A stretch of 64,000 nucleotides of DNA from Octopus bimaculoides (taxonomy: Eukaryota). Below, piece by piece: positions 13,001-24,910 of the stretch. The DNA is taken from assembly GCF_001194135.2 (NCBI RefSeq), contig NC_068995.1, forward strand, positions 5,656,040-5,720,039. Reading direction: 5' to 3'. How positions within the stretch are numbered: position 1 is the stretch's first letter; every line of letters begins with the position of its first letter. A program made the position numbers and the translations under genes. The notes under the pieces are model-generated. The model did not search any database and was not told the DNA's origin. It saw nothing but the letters and a program-made list of their open reading frames with translations.

Positions 13001-13268
13001 CATTCAAAAGTTAGCAGTCCACAAATACTGAAAAAAGCCAAACAAAAGCACCAATCCGAAAGCACCTGCAAAATGAAGACTTTGGTGGTGCCATTTCTCA
13101 TATGATTAATCCACTGAAAGGTAGAGAGTGGATTCCTTTCGAAAGTGAAAATAACCCAGTTAAGTTCACTCACCTGAAATGGGTAGTATTATGACTACAC
13201 CGGATCAGGTGATATATTTTTAAACAGATGAAACTAAAAATATTGCGTAACCCGGGAGGCTCCTCTAT

Positions 13269-13465
13269 GTGGTCGTTAGACGTATCAGAAACAACAGCTG
13301 AATTTATCTTAAATCACCATTCTACTGCCTTAAAGAAGGACAATGTGGTCCTAGATACATTATCTGGAAAAGGAACAACAAAAACGGGCCACTTATGATG
13401 AGAGTGTTGATCATATCTTGCATGATCAGAACAGATCAGATGTTAGGCAACGTAACGACGATGAC
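13269..13465 (+). mobile_element. SINE-like family D
   Basis: Body cagaaacaacagctgaattt...aaatcacc...gtcctagatacat and a degenerate tail ttgatcata...gatcag. Confidence 0.55.
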
Positions 13466-14910
13466 CGAGGATATCAATTACAACCGTCGAATGAATCACC
13501 GAAGCAGGAAACTGCGTGGTCATTGGAAAGAATAGAAATAGTAGCGAAACTTCTTTAATCATACACTGCGGTTTTAAGAAAGAAAGTGTATATTAGAAAA
13601 AGCAAACTTAGTTACATAAAAGGAGTTGGGACGGTTAGAGCTTGAACGTCTCTGATCAGAGATCTACCGGACAAAAGCTGACATGGAACGAAACTAAAAA
13701 AGAGCAATGGTGTAAATCTCCCTTAGGACATTTTATTACATGCAAAGATTCTATTGTCAGTTCCTCGGTTTGGTTTTTTGTTTCTATTGTGTGTTCTTTT
13801 TGTTATAAGATTCTTTGATCAATTTTATATCATTCAATGATAATGGCGGCCACTTACATTGACTGACATTTTTGACACTTGAAAAGGATTATGGAGGTGT
13901 TGTTGATGTAATTTCAGCAGCAGCAGCAGCAGTCGATTGGGCTGTTGCTGCCGTTGTTACTCTTGCTAGTTGTTGTTACTGTGGCAATGGCGATGATGTT
14001 GGTGGTTCTGTTTGATCCTTTAACCTATGTTTCATGTAAACATGACTTTGGTCTCCTGACATTTTGAACTAAAAACTTTGGTGTTGGTGGGAATGGGTAC
14101 CGTAGTGAGGAGAAGGAATGGTGGACGGGAGGGTTGATGCAGAGAGAGAGAGAAAGAGAGAGTAATAATTGCGATACAGTGAAAGACAGAGAAGGGAAAG
14201 GAAGAGATAGTGATAGGTAGTAAGAGGGTTCTGTATATATANNNNNNNNNNNNNNNNNNNNNNNNNNNNNNNNNNNNNNNNNNNNNNNNNNNNNNNNNNN
14301 NNNNNNNNNNNNNNNNNNNNNNNNNNNNNNNNNNNNNNNNNNNNNNNNNNNNNNNNNNNNNNNNNNNNNNNNNNNNNNNNNNNNNNNNNNNNNNNNNNNN
14401 NNNNNNNNNTATATATATATATATATGATTAGATGTAGAAAGAATAATAATGTATATGTGTGTATGTATGTATGTATGTATGTATGCGTGTGTTTGGATA
14501 TATTACAAATACAAACGCACTCATGCAAATGTACAAACGCACGTATGCATTGACATTCTGACAGACAGAGATTGAAGACTTGGAACAAATTAGAGGCACA
14601 TGTTGAACAGGTTGTGCGGAAACCCAATGAAAATTTAAAATGATGAGTTCATGGATTATCCACTGATGTAGGTTTGTATGTTGACAATCAAGAGATGTCA
14701 AGTTTACCGTGTTACACAGGGTTCAATTTCTAAGGAATGAAACCCTGTTTTTGAGAAAATCGATTACGTTTATTATTCTTTGTTTTGATCTATGCGGATT
14801 CTGACAAATGGTAAATATTGTCTTGTTATTCTTAATTTACAGATTAAAACGTGACGGTATAAATGAAACGGACACTAAAATAAGATCAGTCATCATAGAG
14901 ACCCAGAAAT

Positions 14911-15117
14911 GCGGAGAGCTGGCAGAATCGTTAGCACGCTGGACGAAATGCTAGGGTGGTATTTCGCCCGTCGCTACGTTCTGAGTTCAAGTTCCGCCAA
15001 GGTGGACTTTACCTTTCATCCGTTCGGAGTTGATGAATTAAGTACCAGTTGAGTATCAGTTGAGTACTAACCCCCTCCACCAAATTTCAGACCTTGTGCC
15101 TAAAATAGAAAGGATTG
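14911..15117 (+). mobile_element. SINE family B with 12-bp target-site duplication
   Basis: B head and core (ctttcatccgttcggagttgatgaattaagtaccag). TAGAGACCCAGA is directly repeated at 14896-14907 and 15118-15129. Confidence 0.9.
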
Positions 15118-15147
15118 TAGAGACCCAGATAAATATTTCGTATGAAT

Positions 15148-15240
15148 ATGATTGTGTGGTTAAACGTTCACTTCGCAAATATACTGTTTCCAGGAGCAAC
15201 CCGGTTTTGAGTGAAATTTGGTAGACGAAAACCGTCCATG
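15148..15240 (+). mobile_element. Decayed, internally deleted SINE family A
   Basis: gtgtggttaa... head and tttggtagacgaaaac match the A copy at 63591-63750. Confidence 0.45.
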
Positions 15241-15289
15241 TGAATGCTAATGTTCTTGGTTGGTAGATTTCATTCGTTGCCTGGTTTAA

Positions 15290-15624
15290 CGTCGGTTGTC
15301 AAGTGATGGTGGGGTGGAGTTGGGGGACACCAGTTATTGAGCGGTGGAGGGAACAAATACATACACAAAGCCACACACACGCGCATATACACGCACACAC
15401 ACGTGCGCACACCCACACGTGCGAACACACACACACACATACATAAATATATATATACAACTGCCTTCTTTCAGTTAGTTTCCGCTTACTAAATCCACTC
15501 ACAAGGCTTTGGTCAGTCAAAAGCTATAGTGCAAGACACCTGCCTAAGGTGCCAAGCAGTGGGACCGAACCCGGAACCATGTGGTTGGGAAGCAAGCATC
15601 TTACCGCACATCCACACCATGCCT
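15290..15624 (-). mobile_element. SINE family A (tRNA-derived, CORE-like accttgggcaagtgtc segment)
   Basis: The RC matches 63591-63830, with an expanded central (GT/AT)n tract. Confidence 0.9.
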
Positions 15625-15625
15625 C

Positions 15626-15671
<46 letters not shown>

Positions 15672-15989
15672 TGTGTGTGTGTGTGTGTGTGTAAGCAATA
15701 GGTTTTGTGGTTCTTTTGTAGTCAGTTAGCAGCATTTATTTACATGATTACAATTCTCGACGAAAGTTTCAAATTGAAGCGCCCAGGCTGATCTGCTTCC
15801 TAGCGTTTGGTAAATAATAAATGAGAGTTTGATAGGCACTTTCTTAACTGTCGACTGGCCACAGAAATAATCTTTTCACGGTCTATCACCCTCTTATTAT
15901 AACGGCCATTCAAACGTGTATTTACTTGATTTTTTGTTCCTCTCCTTTCATTTCTTTGTTATTTGCTTTTCAAACAGGTTTTCTGTCTC

Positions 15990-16133
15990 ATGAAATCTCG
16001 TGTGAAATATTCAGCGCCATTACTGCTGCTACTACTGCTGCTGCTGCTGCCGCTGCTGCCGCTGCTGCCGCTGCTGCCGCTGCTGCCGCTGCTGCCGTTC
16101 ATGTCAGCTACCAACCGATGTCATTGTATCAAA
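15990..16133 (+). CDS. Candidate first coding exon: N-terminal signal peptide of an unidentified secreted or membrane protein
   Basis: Long pyrimidine tract plus CAG acceptor (AG 15976-15977) and ATG at 15990. Peptide MKSRVKYSAP-L10-P(LLP)5-FMSATNRCHCIK has a basic n-region, Leu h-region and small-residue c-region. Donor is uncertain (GT at 16134, 16137 or 16146). Confidence 0.4.
16023..16097. repeat. GC-rich (CTG)n/(CTGCTGCCG)n in-frame repeat
   Basis: Read directly; a 9-mer repeated 5-6 times after a CTG/CTA run. Confidence 0.95.
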
Positions 16134-17009
16134 GTAGTCAGTTTCGTAATCACATTTTAAAGAACCTGAAGGCATTTTGTCATATCCAGCACAAAAAAGT
16201 ATCCACGTGTCCGTCTGTCATTTGTTCTTTAATATTTGGTTTGGACGTGAAAATCCGTCTGATAAAGAAACCCTCCGTGACATACAGAAGTGGCCAAAAT
16301 GCCTCTGTAGAATTTCGTAATTTCATCAAAAAACCAAAAGGGTACACTGAATATTAAAGCCAGCCATGCACAATGGAATTGGATAGTCATGGCTGGGACG
16401 CTAGTGGTCATACATCTGATTAGTTATGGCCTAATAGTAAACAAGAATGGGAGAAGGAAGAATAGTGGTGAGCGTAAGGGAGGAAATTAAAAAAAGATTG
16501 AGAGATGGAATGAGAGAGAGAATAATTTATGGAAATTGAGAATCTGAGAAATGAGAGAGAGCAAGATAAGGCGGAAGGGAGGAAGAGACGGTGATGGGGC
16601 GGGAGAGGCGGCGATGGAGAGGGAGATGGAGAGAGAGATGGGGAGAGAGAGAGAGAGAGATTGTAAGAGTACTGAGAGAGAGAGAGAGAATGAGAGATGA
16701 AGGGAGAGAGATAAAAAGAAAGAAAGAAATCATTGCGTAAAGAGTCGCTGGTGTAAAGCAAGAAGTGAATGTCTTTAATGGCCAATAATGAAACAACACA
16801 AACAAGGCCGCTTGGAAAAGTTGAAAGAGAAAATTACTAGTGAAGTTGTTCTATTTATATTTTACCGTCTCCAGTTTATCAAACAAACCACATATAAAAG
16901 CAAAAATAAGCTTTTAATTCGCTTAATTTTCCTATCAAACTATAATCATAGTTCCTTCATCTCAGTGAAGTGTTATTTTTTTTTTAGTGGATATTGTAAC
17001 CTGTTGTTT

Positions 17010-17220
17010 GGCTTGGCGATATTGGTTGCGCGGCGGACAAAATACTTTGCACTATCTGTTGCGTGTTTTTATATTCTACGTTCAAATCCAGCCGAAGTCA
17101 ATTTGGGTTTTCATCATTTTGGGGTCGATAAAATAAAGTACCACTCAAATATTTGAGCCAATGGCATTGATCAACCAGCTCCTATCAAAACCGCTGGCTT
17201 TGTGTCGAAATTTTAAGCAA
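17010..17220 (+). mobile_element. Decayed SINE family B
   Basis: Core tttcatcattttggggtcgataaaataaagtacc and tail gctggctttgtgtcgaaatt. Confidence 0.7.
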
Positions 17221-17440
17221 TTTTTTTTTTTTAGGGTGGTGGTTTGGTTCGATCGTTCGAGTTTCAGAAAAATGCCTTGCGACGTTCCTTCTGACTATTT
17301 ATGGTGTAAAAATAGAGACCAAATCACCCGGAAATGATTTTTAGCATAAATTTGCGTATTGCACAAACAGAGATTTGTCTTTCGGGCTTATTAATCTTTA
17401 TGTGTAGGCCGTCTATATTTATTTCAGCAATATTCAACAG

Positions 17441-17640
17441 CATATGGCGTAGTGGTTAAGGGCGCAGGCTACTAACCCCAAGATTCCGAGTTCGATTCCA
17501 AGCAGTGACCTGAATAGTTATAATAATAATAACATCGAAAGATACGATAGGAATGAGAACCTAGATTCGAAATTTCCGCAAGACACCTGATGAAGGCTGG
17601 AGAGTATATCAGCCGAAAGGTTGTGTCAACAACAAACAAT
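17441..17640 (+). mobile_element. tRNA-headed SINE family C with a hammerhead-bearing 3' part
   Basis: Pol III A box TGGCGTAGTGG (17445-17455), B box GTTCGATTCC (17490-17499), a (TAA)n linker, then a hammerhead motif. Confidence 0.8.
17582..17627 (+). ncRNA. Minimal type I hammerhead ribozyme motif (Penelope-like-element type)
   Basis: GACAC (helix I) - CUGAUGA - A - GGCUG/10-nt loop/CAGCC (helix II) - GAAA - GG - UU - GUGUC (helix I'). All core nucleotides are present; the helix III palindrome has one mismatch (AGGU instead of ACGU). Confidence 0.8.
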
Positions 17641-17642
17641 TT

Positions 17643-17875
17643 AAGGCGGCGAGCTGGCAGAAACGTTAGCATGCCGGGTGAAATGCTAAGCAGCATTTCG
17701 TCTGCCATTACGTTCCGAGTTCAAATTCCGCCGAGGTCGACTTTGCCTTTCATCCTTTCGGGGTCGATTAAATAAGTACCAATTATCCACTGAGGTCCCT
17801 GTAATCGACTTAATCCCTTTTTCTGTCCTTATCTGCCCCTTCTATGTTTAGCTCCCTATGGGAAATAAAGACAAA
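17643..17875 (+). mobile_element. Well-preserved SINE family B (central segment resembles the Deu/Nin-type domain, from recollection)
   Basis: ggcggcgagctggcagaaacgttagc...ctttgcctttcatcctttcggggtcgattaaataagtacc. Confidence 0.9.
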
Positions 17876-17960
17876 TATTATTTACATTATTTACATTTGA
17901 CGGATATTTGTCCGCATCTTGTCACATGTATATAATTCCTCATCTCTTAAGTTGTTATCA

Positions 17961-18126
17961 TCGAGGTCAACTTTACCTTTCATCCTTTCGAGGGTCAAGA
18001 AAATACCAGTTGAACGCTTGTTTCGATGCTCCACCACCCCCGCTAGCCCCGCTTCCCTAAATTTGCCCCAGTACCTCTGTTTCCCTAAATTTTCGGGCCT
18101 TGTGAGTAGAACGGAAAGGATTATTT
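17961..18126 (+). mobile_element. 5'-truncated SINE family B
   Basis: Core ctttacctttcatcctttcgagggtc and tail gggccttgtgagtagaacggaaaggatt, like 15090-15117. Confidence 0.75.
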
Positions 18127-18963
18127 CCAGAAATTCCCGATGCTAAATTAGAATTAAAGAAAATTTATTCGTTGGTTACTTGAAATATTTAACATATTGC
18201 AATTATCACTAATTTGAGGCAGCAAATAAACTGGCCTGTCATCATTAGATGTCCATCGTTTTTCTCTTTCGAATCGGGACCTCTAAAGTTTTATATGACT
18301 TTGTAAGTATGTGAGGCGTTTCTATTTAATCTAAGTAACGATATAATGGTTTATAAACAATGCCCTGCACCGACTTGAACCAAGCATGTTGCATCTACGT
18401 AAGTTATGTGGTTTTATCAACTCGTAATTCTAAACATCAGCAAGATGTTACGTACGAGGAATGAGAATGAAACTGAAATGAGAAAAAGCAAAACGGAATT
18501 TCTGTTTTACTTCGATCAAATGTTAAAGACAAACCCTGGCAACTAAATACTTGAGGCCAGTTTGCATCTTTGTTAATTATGTGCGAAGGAAAAAGAAAGG
18601 AAATATTGTAATACTTTTCTTTTAATATTTCATATCTGTTTTCTCCACTTCTTTTGGCAGCAAAACAACTTGTAAAGCTATTTATTTTAGTCAAAAATAT
18701 TCCTTCTTAACACTTCTGAACTATTTCCGTTCAGCAAAGATAATACCCAAAGAATTATTGAGAAATTTCCATAAGAAGAAATAGAAGATATTTTATAGTT
18801 AATCCTTTTGTCCTTGCATCTGTGGAAATAAACAACATAACAGACATTCTATATTGCAATTTGTCTTCTTATCGCAGCAGATACTAAAATACATGTTTGT
18901 TTTATCAAGGGGTTCCTTTCTCTTGCCTTCAGTTTTCCTCACGTCTTTAATAATCAGGTTAAC

Positions 18964-19003
<40 letters not shown>

Positions 19004-20155
19004 ATAAATGAACACACATTTCAACACACACGCATACAAAGAGCGAGCGAGCGAGCGAGCGAGAGAGAGAGAGAAAGAAAGAGTGAGATAAAGTGAGTGA
19101 GAGACTGTGTGGTTCATAGATAAGCATATGAATGGATACTACATCACTTTCAACGAATACTATTCCAGTTGTTTGATCGCCTCGACATCCTATTCGTCGT
19201 ATTATTGTGTACCCTGTAAGTGCCTGTAAGTGACTGTGTATTCTGCAAGCCTGTGTATTCTTCATGCAGATCTTGCGCATATTCAGTGTGACAGTGGTTC
19301 CCAAGTTATGGGTCAGGACCCCAAACACTGGCATCAAATTCTGGGCGCCATGATTGACTTCCAATAGAGATATGTGCATTTATACACTTCACACACACAA
19401 TCTATTTTGCCTTAAATGCGATTATATGTGATTTATATAAGTGTTTGAGAATTCAGGGTCCTTCCTGCATCTAATCCTCTATAGAGTGTTATATAATTTG
19501 TCTATACAAGATTTCCTCTGTGGTGATACTTGTCCAAACAATGGCCAAGGAACGAACCAACACAAGGAATCTTCCTATACGAGAAATAGCAGCTTAATCC
19601 CACGCAAAATTTACAACTTAACTCCTTAAAAGTGGAATGCCCATTTTATAGTAAAGTTCTGGACAGGTATCACGTTTGAACATTATAAAAGGTCAGTGAC
19701 TGAATCCCTTTTCATTATAGTCGCACTCGGGGAGAGAAAACTTTGACGAAAGTAACAATAATAATGACGACGACTGAGCAATAGAATCGTAACAAAATTT
19801 TCAGAGGAAGTATGATTTCCTCCTGAGAGTAATTTTCATATTAGAACATATAAATATGCCAATTAAGTACGTTAGTAATGTATCTCGGCTTTTGCCAGAG
19901 CCAACAAGGAAGTTATAGTTTCTGAAGATCGCTTTGGATAGAAACGGCAGAAAGTTTTGTATTAAAGACGTGATCATTATGAACCATCGGCAGCTACATA
20001 TTAACAATCATCGCAAGCACGCAATATTTACACATACTCGAAATACACATGCTGCTTAGCGGATGTGATGTTCAGATTACTTTGAAAGACAAACACATAC
20101 GTTAGACTATTAATGCTTCGATCATATATATGTATATGGGTCATATAACACACAC

Positions 20156-20189
<34 letters not shown>

Positions 20190-20392
20190 NNNNNNNNNNN
20201 NNNNNNNNNNNNNNNNNNNNNNNNNNNNNNNNNNNNNNNNNNNNNNNNNNNNNNNNNNNNNNNNNNNNNNNNNNNNNNNNNNNNNNNNNNNNNNNNNNNN
20301 NNNNNATAACTATGTGTGTGAGTGTGTGTGAGTGTGTGTATGGGCTGGCGTGTGTATATGTATGATATATCGTACAGAAAATTTTCGAGGGT

Positions 20393-20438
<46 letters not shown>

Positions 20439-21509
20439 TGTGTATCGTAAAGAAACTGTCTGTCGTTGGCGGTAAACCATAAAAGTTAGTAACAAGCTTT
20501 TAGTGATTATTCGACGATAATCAGAAGAAACTAATACAGACAAGTATTGAAACATATTCGTTAAAAGAAACGTCATTAATATATGGTCTGCCTTCCGAAT
20601 AGATAACTGTGTGTGTGTATGTGTGTGTGGGAGCGATAGGGAGAGATAGAGAGAGGTATTAACAGCACTGTCCGTGATTCAAAAAGCTCTATTTCTCCCT
20701 CGGTATATCAACTTCACACTAAATAATTATAGTGTGGAAATAAGCAGCGGAATGATAGCGATGGATTTAACGAGTTTCTTTATTGCAAACCACCCGTAAT
20801 AAGTTGAAAGTATCAAGGACATGATTACGCTCACACGTGCCCACACATGCGCGCGCACGCACACTGACGAGGCTACTCAAAATTTGAGACCCGCATACAC
20901 ATGCCCACAAACATCTATATTTACATTGCATATGCACACACACACACACACATACAGGCACCAAAATATACACAAACGGGCAAACAATTGTGCTTAGATA
21001 TACACCCACACAGACCGTAGAGATACACACATACATATACAAACGCACATATATAGACGTACATATACAGGCAAATAAATGTATTTACATATACACACAC
21101 GAGCCATATAGATATAAAAATACATATATACACTCATGTACACAGATACACACACACATGCCTTAGCACATATATGAACACACACATACACACATGTATA
21201 TGTAAAAACACGCAAGAATATCTTAGATCTGCATTGTCAAACATTTCACCATTTCACGTCTTAATTCATCAATGCTAAGACTTCAGAAAAGTGTTCATCA
21301 AACGCCTAAAATACGGAGCAGTGCCATGTGTCTCAATGATATAATATGGAACAAAAGAGAAGCATTGATTTTACGCTGGTGGAGGTACTTTTTGAAGATA
21401 GGATGTAAATGAAATCAAAAACCAAAACACCCCCAACAATATATATATATCATTTGGGGTTGAACTAATCAACAATTATGTAGCGCAGCCATCACGTCAC
21501 TTTCGAGTC

Positions 21510-21583
21510 AGTATGGCGTGGTAGTATGGCGTGGTAGCATGGCGTGGTAGTATGGCGTGGTAGTATGGTGTGGTAGTATGGCG
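21510..21583. repeat. 13-bp minisatellite (AGTATGGCGTGGT) x5.7
   Basis: Units start at 21510, 21523, 21536, 21549, 21562 and 21575; two carry single substitutions. Confidence 0.95.
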
Positions 21584-21697
21584 CATAATTTCAGCAGTTG
21601 TTGTGGGACCGCGAGTTGTTGCGTGTAAGCAAAAGCACGTCCTGTGCTCACTCAGCCGTGTCCTCGTAGCACATCTAGGATCTAACACACGCACCCA

Positions 21698-21745
<48 letters not shown>

Positions 21746-22649
21746 NNNNNNNNNNNNNNNNNNNNNNNNNNNNNNNNNNNNNNNNNNNNNNNNNNNNNNN
21801 NNNNNNNNNNNNNNNNNNNNNNNNNNNNNNNNNNNNNNNNNNNNNNNNNNNNNNNNNNNNNNNNNNNNNNNNNNNNNNNNNNNNNNNNNNNNNNNNNNNN
21901 NNNNNNNNNNNNNNNNNNNNNNNNNNNNNNNNNNNNNNNNNNNNNNNNNNNNNNNNNNNNNNNNNNNNNNNNNNNNNNNNNNNNNNNNNNNNNNNNNNNN
22001 NNNNNNNNNNNNNNNNNNNNNNNNNNNNNNNNNNNNNNNNNNNNNNNNNNNNNNNNNNNNNNNNNNNNNNNNNNNNNNNNNNNNNNNNNNNNNNNNNNNN
22101 NNNNNNNNNNNNNNNNNNNNNNNNNNNNNNNNNNNNNNNNNNNNNNNNNNNNNNNNNNNNNNNNNNNNNNNNNNNNNNNATATATATATATATATATATA
22201 TATATAGATATATAAATATGCGTGTATATATATATATATGCGTATGCGTGTGTGTGTATGTCTTTTCCTCCATTCATCAAGTGACACGCTCTTCATGCAT
22301 AGAAGACTACACAAATAATGTTGCTCCTTTATCATAGTCTAATCAGCAATCAGTATTATTAACACAGGTTTCATTGCCAATGCCTGGCAGCAATACGCTG
22401 TATATTAGATCAATTATTGTAAGTTTGAATCTTTTAGACAGCAATTTGAATTAAAACACCTGAAGAAATACTGTGATGACGCATTTTGTTACAGTCTCTG
22501 ACACATCTATGTATGCAAATTGCGGCACACTGGACCTTCTGAATAATACGCCAACGAAAAATTACCGCGAAAAAAAAAAATGTTTTTTTTTTTTAGTAGT
22601 GCGGCCCGCCTGTTGACGAACTACATCTCAGGCAGCTCGCTTCAGTTAA

Positions 22650-22765
22650 TGAAAGGATTGGTTCTTTATTTCCACCAAAGGAGTAAGTCAACGGGATTTG
22701 AACGCAGAACGCAAATAGAAAAAACGACTAGAGAGCTATGCGGCGTTCTAACAATCCCGCAACGA
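22650..22765 (-). mobile_element. Decayed SINE family B fragment
   Basis: The RC contains gattgttagaacgccg...gttctgcgttcaaatccc, matching the B head. Confidence 0.45.
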
Positions 22766-22859
22766 GCATGCTGGCGTGTGTTTGTGTCCGTGTGTGTTTG
22801 TGTGTGTGTGTTTGTGTGTGTGTGTCTACAAACGAATATGCAGATTTATTGACTATGGT

Positions 22860-22941
<82 letters not shown>

Positions 22942-23359
22942 TTTACTCGTGCAAGCCATTGTTGAATAATTTTTCTGGATATAGATAAACTTTATGTATA
23001 GGTACCAAGTAATAACGGAAAATTCATTGCAAAAAGCACAGCCGAATTTACAATAAGAGTGTGTCCGATGTAATTATATGCGTGCGCATGGAAATATATG
23101 ACTTAATATGTATACATATGTATATATACTATATAAAACTATATTTACGTAAGTGCCTGAGTGTTGGCATATATGTATGCATGTGTGAGTATGCATACAT
23201 ATGTGTGTGTATGCGAATGTGTGGCGAGAAAGTGATATAGAGGGGGATGTACGGTAAATAATAAGACCAATAAACTGGTTTACTCTATGTTCTGCTTTTC
23301 AAAGAGACGTCCAAACACACACACACACATGGAAAATGCTATATCGTAAGCTCATATAT

Positions 23360-23421
<62 letters not shown>

Positions 23422-24253
23422 NNNNNNNNNNNNNNNNNNNNNNNNNNNNNNNNNNNNNNNNNNNNNNNNNNNNNNNNNNNNNNNNNNNNNNNNNNNNNNN
23501 NNNNNNNNNNNNNNNNNNNNNNNNNNNNNNNNNNNNNNNNNNNNNNNNNNNNNNNNNNNNNNNNNNNNNNNNNNNNNNNNNNNNNNNNNNNNNNNNNNNN
23601 NNNNNNNNNNNNNNNNNNNNNNNNNNNNNNNNNNNNNNNNNNNNNNNNNNNNNNNNNNNNNNNNNNNNNNNNNNNNNNNNNNNNNNNNNNNNNNNNNNNN
23701 NNNNNNNNNNNNNNNNNNNNNNNNNNNNNNNNNNNNNNNNNNNNNNNNNNNNNNNNNNNNNNNNNNNNNNNNNNNNNNNNNNNNNNNNNNNNNNNNNNNN
23801 NNNNNNNNNNNNNNNNNNNNNNNNNNNNNNNNNNNNNNNNNNNNNNNNNNNNNNNNNNNNNNNNNNNNNATATATATATATATATGGTTTTCTGTGTGTG
23901 AATGTGTACGTGGACCATTGGACGTGGTACCTCATTTAACCCCACCTAATCATTCTCCTTCACCTCCCGTAACCCATTTCTATTTCTTCATCATAAACGT
24001 CAGGAGGCTAAATGAACTGTAAATTAGCGCCGCTAAAGACGTCAATATAATTATTACTGTGACAATGATTTAAGATATCTTTTATAATTTGGCATCTTCC
24101 CCTGTAAAGATCGATCTCGTTGCTGTTTGTGTAATGGCTTCGTATTATCATTGCTTAGCACATAGTATTTAACTTGATGTAGACACATCAATAGTTGTAC
24201 TTATCATATACCCGACAGTATTTTATGTATGCATACACTTATATATAGACGTA

Positions 24254-24469
24254 CAGATGGGTGCTGAAAAGTTCCTGGCTTTGAGTAAGAGAAACTACAG
24301 GAAGATCAGTTAATTGTGTCTTTATTCAATATATTCCCTCCTCAGGTTTACACACATATTGTAGCAGTCCTTTAGTTTTTCGAAATCCTGTAAGAGAACT
24401 CGGAATGCTGAGCCTCCAATCGGGCCTTTGGCGACACCTTTAAAGCCAGAAACTTTTCAGCACCCATCG
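24254..24469. mobile_element. Tc1/mariner-type MITE, 216 bp, TA target duplication
   Basis: ~27-bp TIRs gatgggtgctgaaaagttcctggcttt / aaagccagaaacttttcagcacccatc (1 mismatch). TA at 24252-24253 and 24470-24471. Confidence 0.9.
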
Positions 24470-24574
24470 TATGTATTCGGGAGATACAGATAGGGGGATT
24501 GTATAATCGTAGATACCAAAGTGATTCCTTAAGACTAAGGTTTAGAATATCGGATACTCGTTTAGTTATTGGTA

Positions 24575-24910
24575 ACAGTGTCCGTACTAGTGGTTAGAGT
24601 GCTCGGTTCAGAAGCAACATGATCATGAGTTCAGTTTGTAGACCAGGTAGAATCTTGTGTTTTTGAACAAGGCACTTCTTTTCATTTTGCCTCGGCCTAC
24701 TCGACTGTATATGAATATCTGCTGTTTGTTGGTTCACTCCCCTCTCCACTGGTATGGTCGTAGATGTCCTACGGGGATATAGCTGAGCGGGCAGAGCATG
24801 TGTCCTTACCTACTCGGAACTACACAACACCCACCTGCAATAACTAGCGAAAATATCCTCCATGCTACCTCGCCAGGCTAGCTCGATAGTGACGGGTGGT
24901 TGCGTTGTAT
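24575..24910 (+). mobile_element. tRNA-headed SINE family F, decayed
   Basis: tagtggttagagtgctcgg head and CORE-like ttgaacaaggcactt...ttc, shared with 31460-31700. Confidence 0.6.

Noticed and set aside
17441-17510. tRNA gene
   Set aside because: A and B boxes are present, but there is no acceptor stem or full cloverleaf and it runs into a SINE body; the same applies at 30150, 31460 and 24580.
21510-21583. CRISPR-like array
   Set aside because: Contiguous 13-bp units with no spacers, in a eukaryotic context without cas genes.
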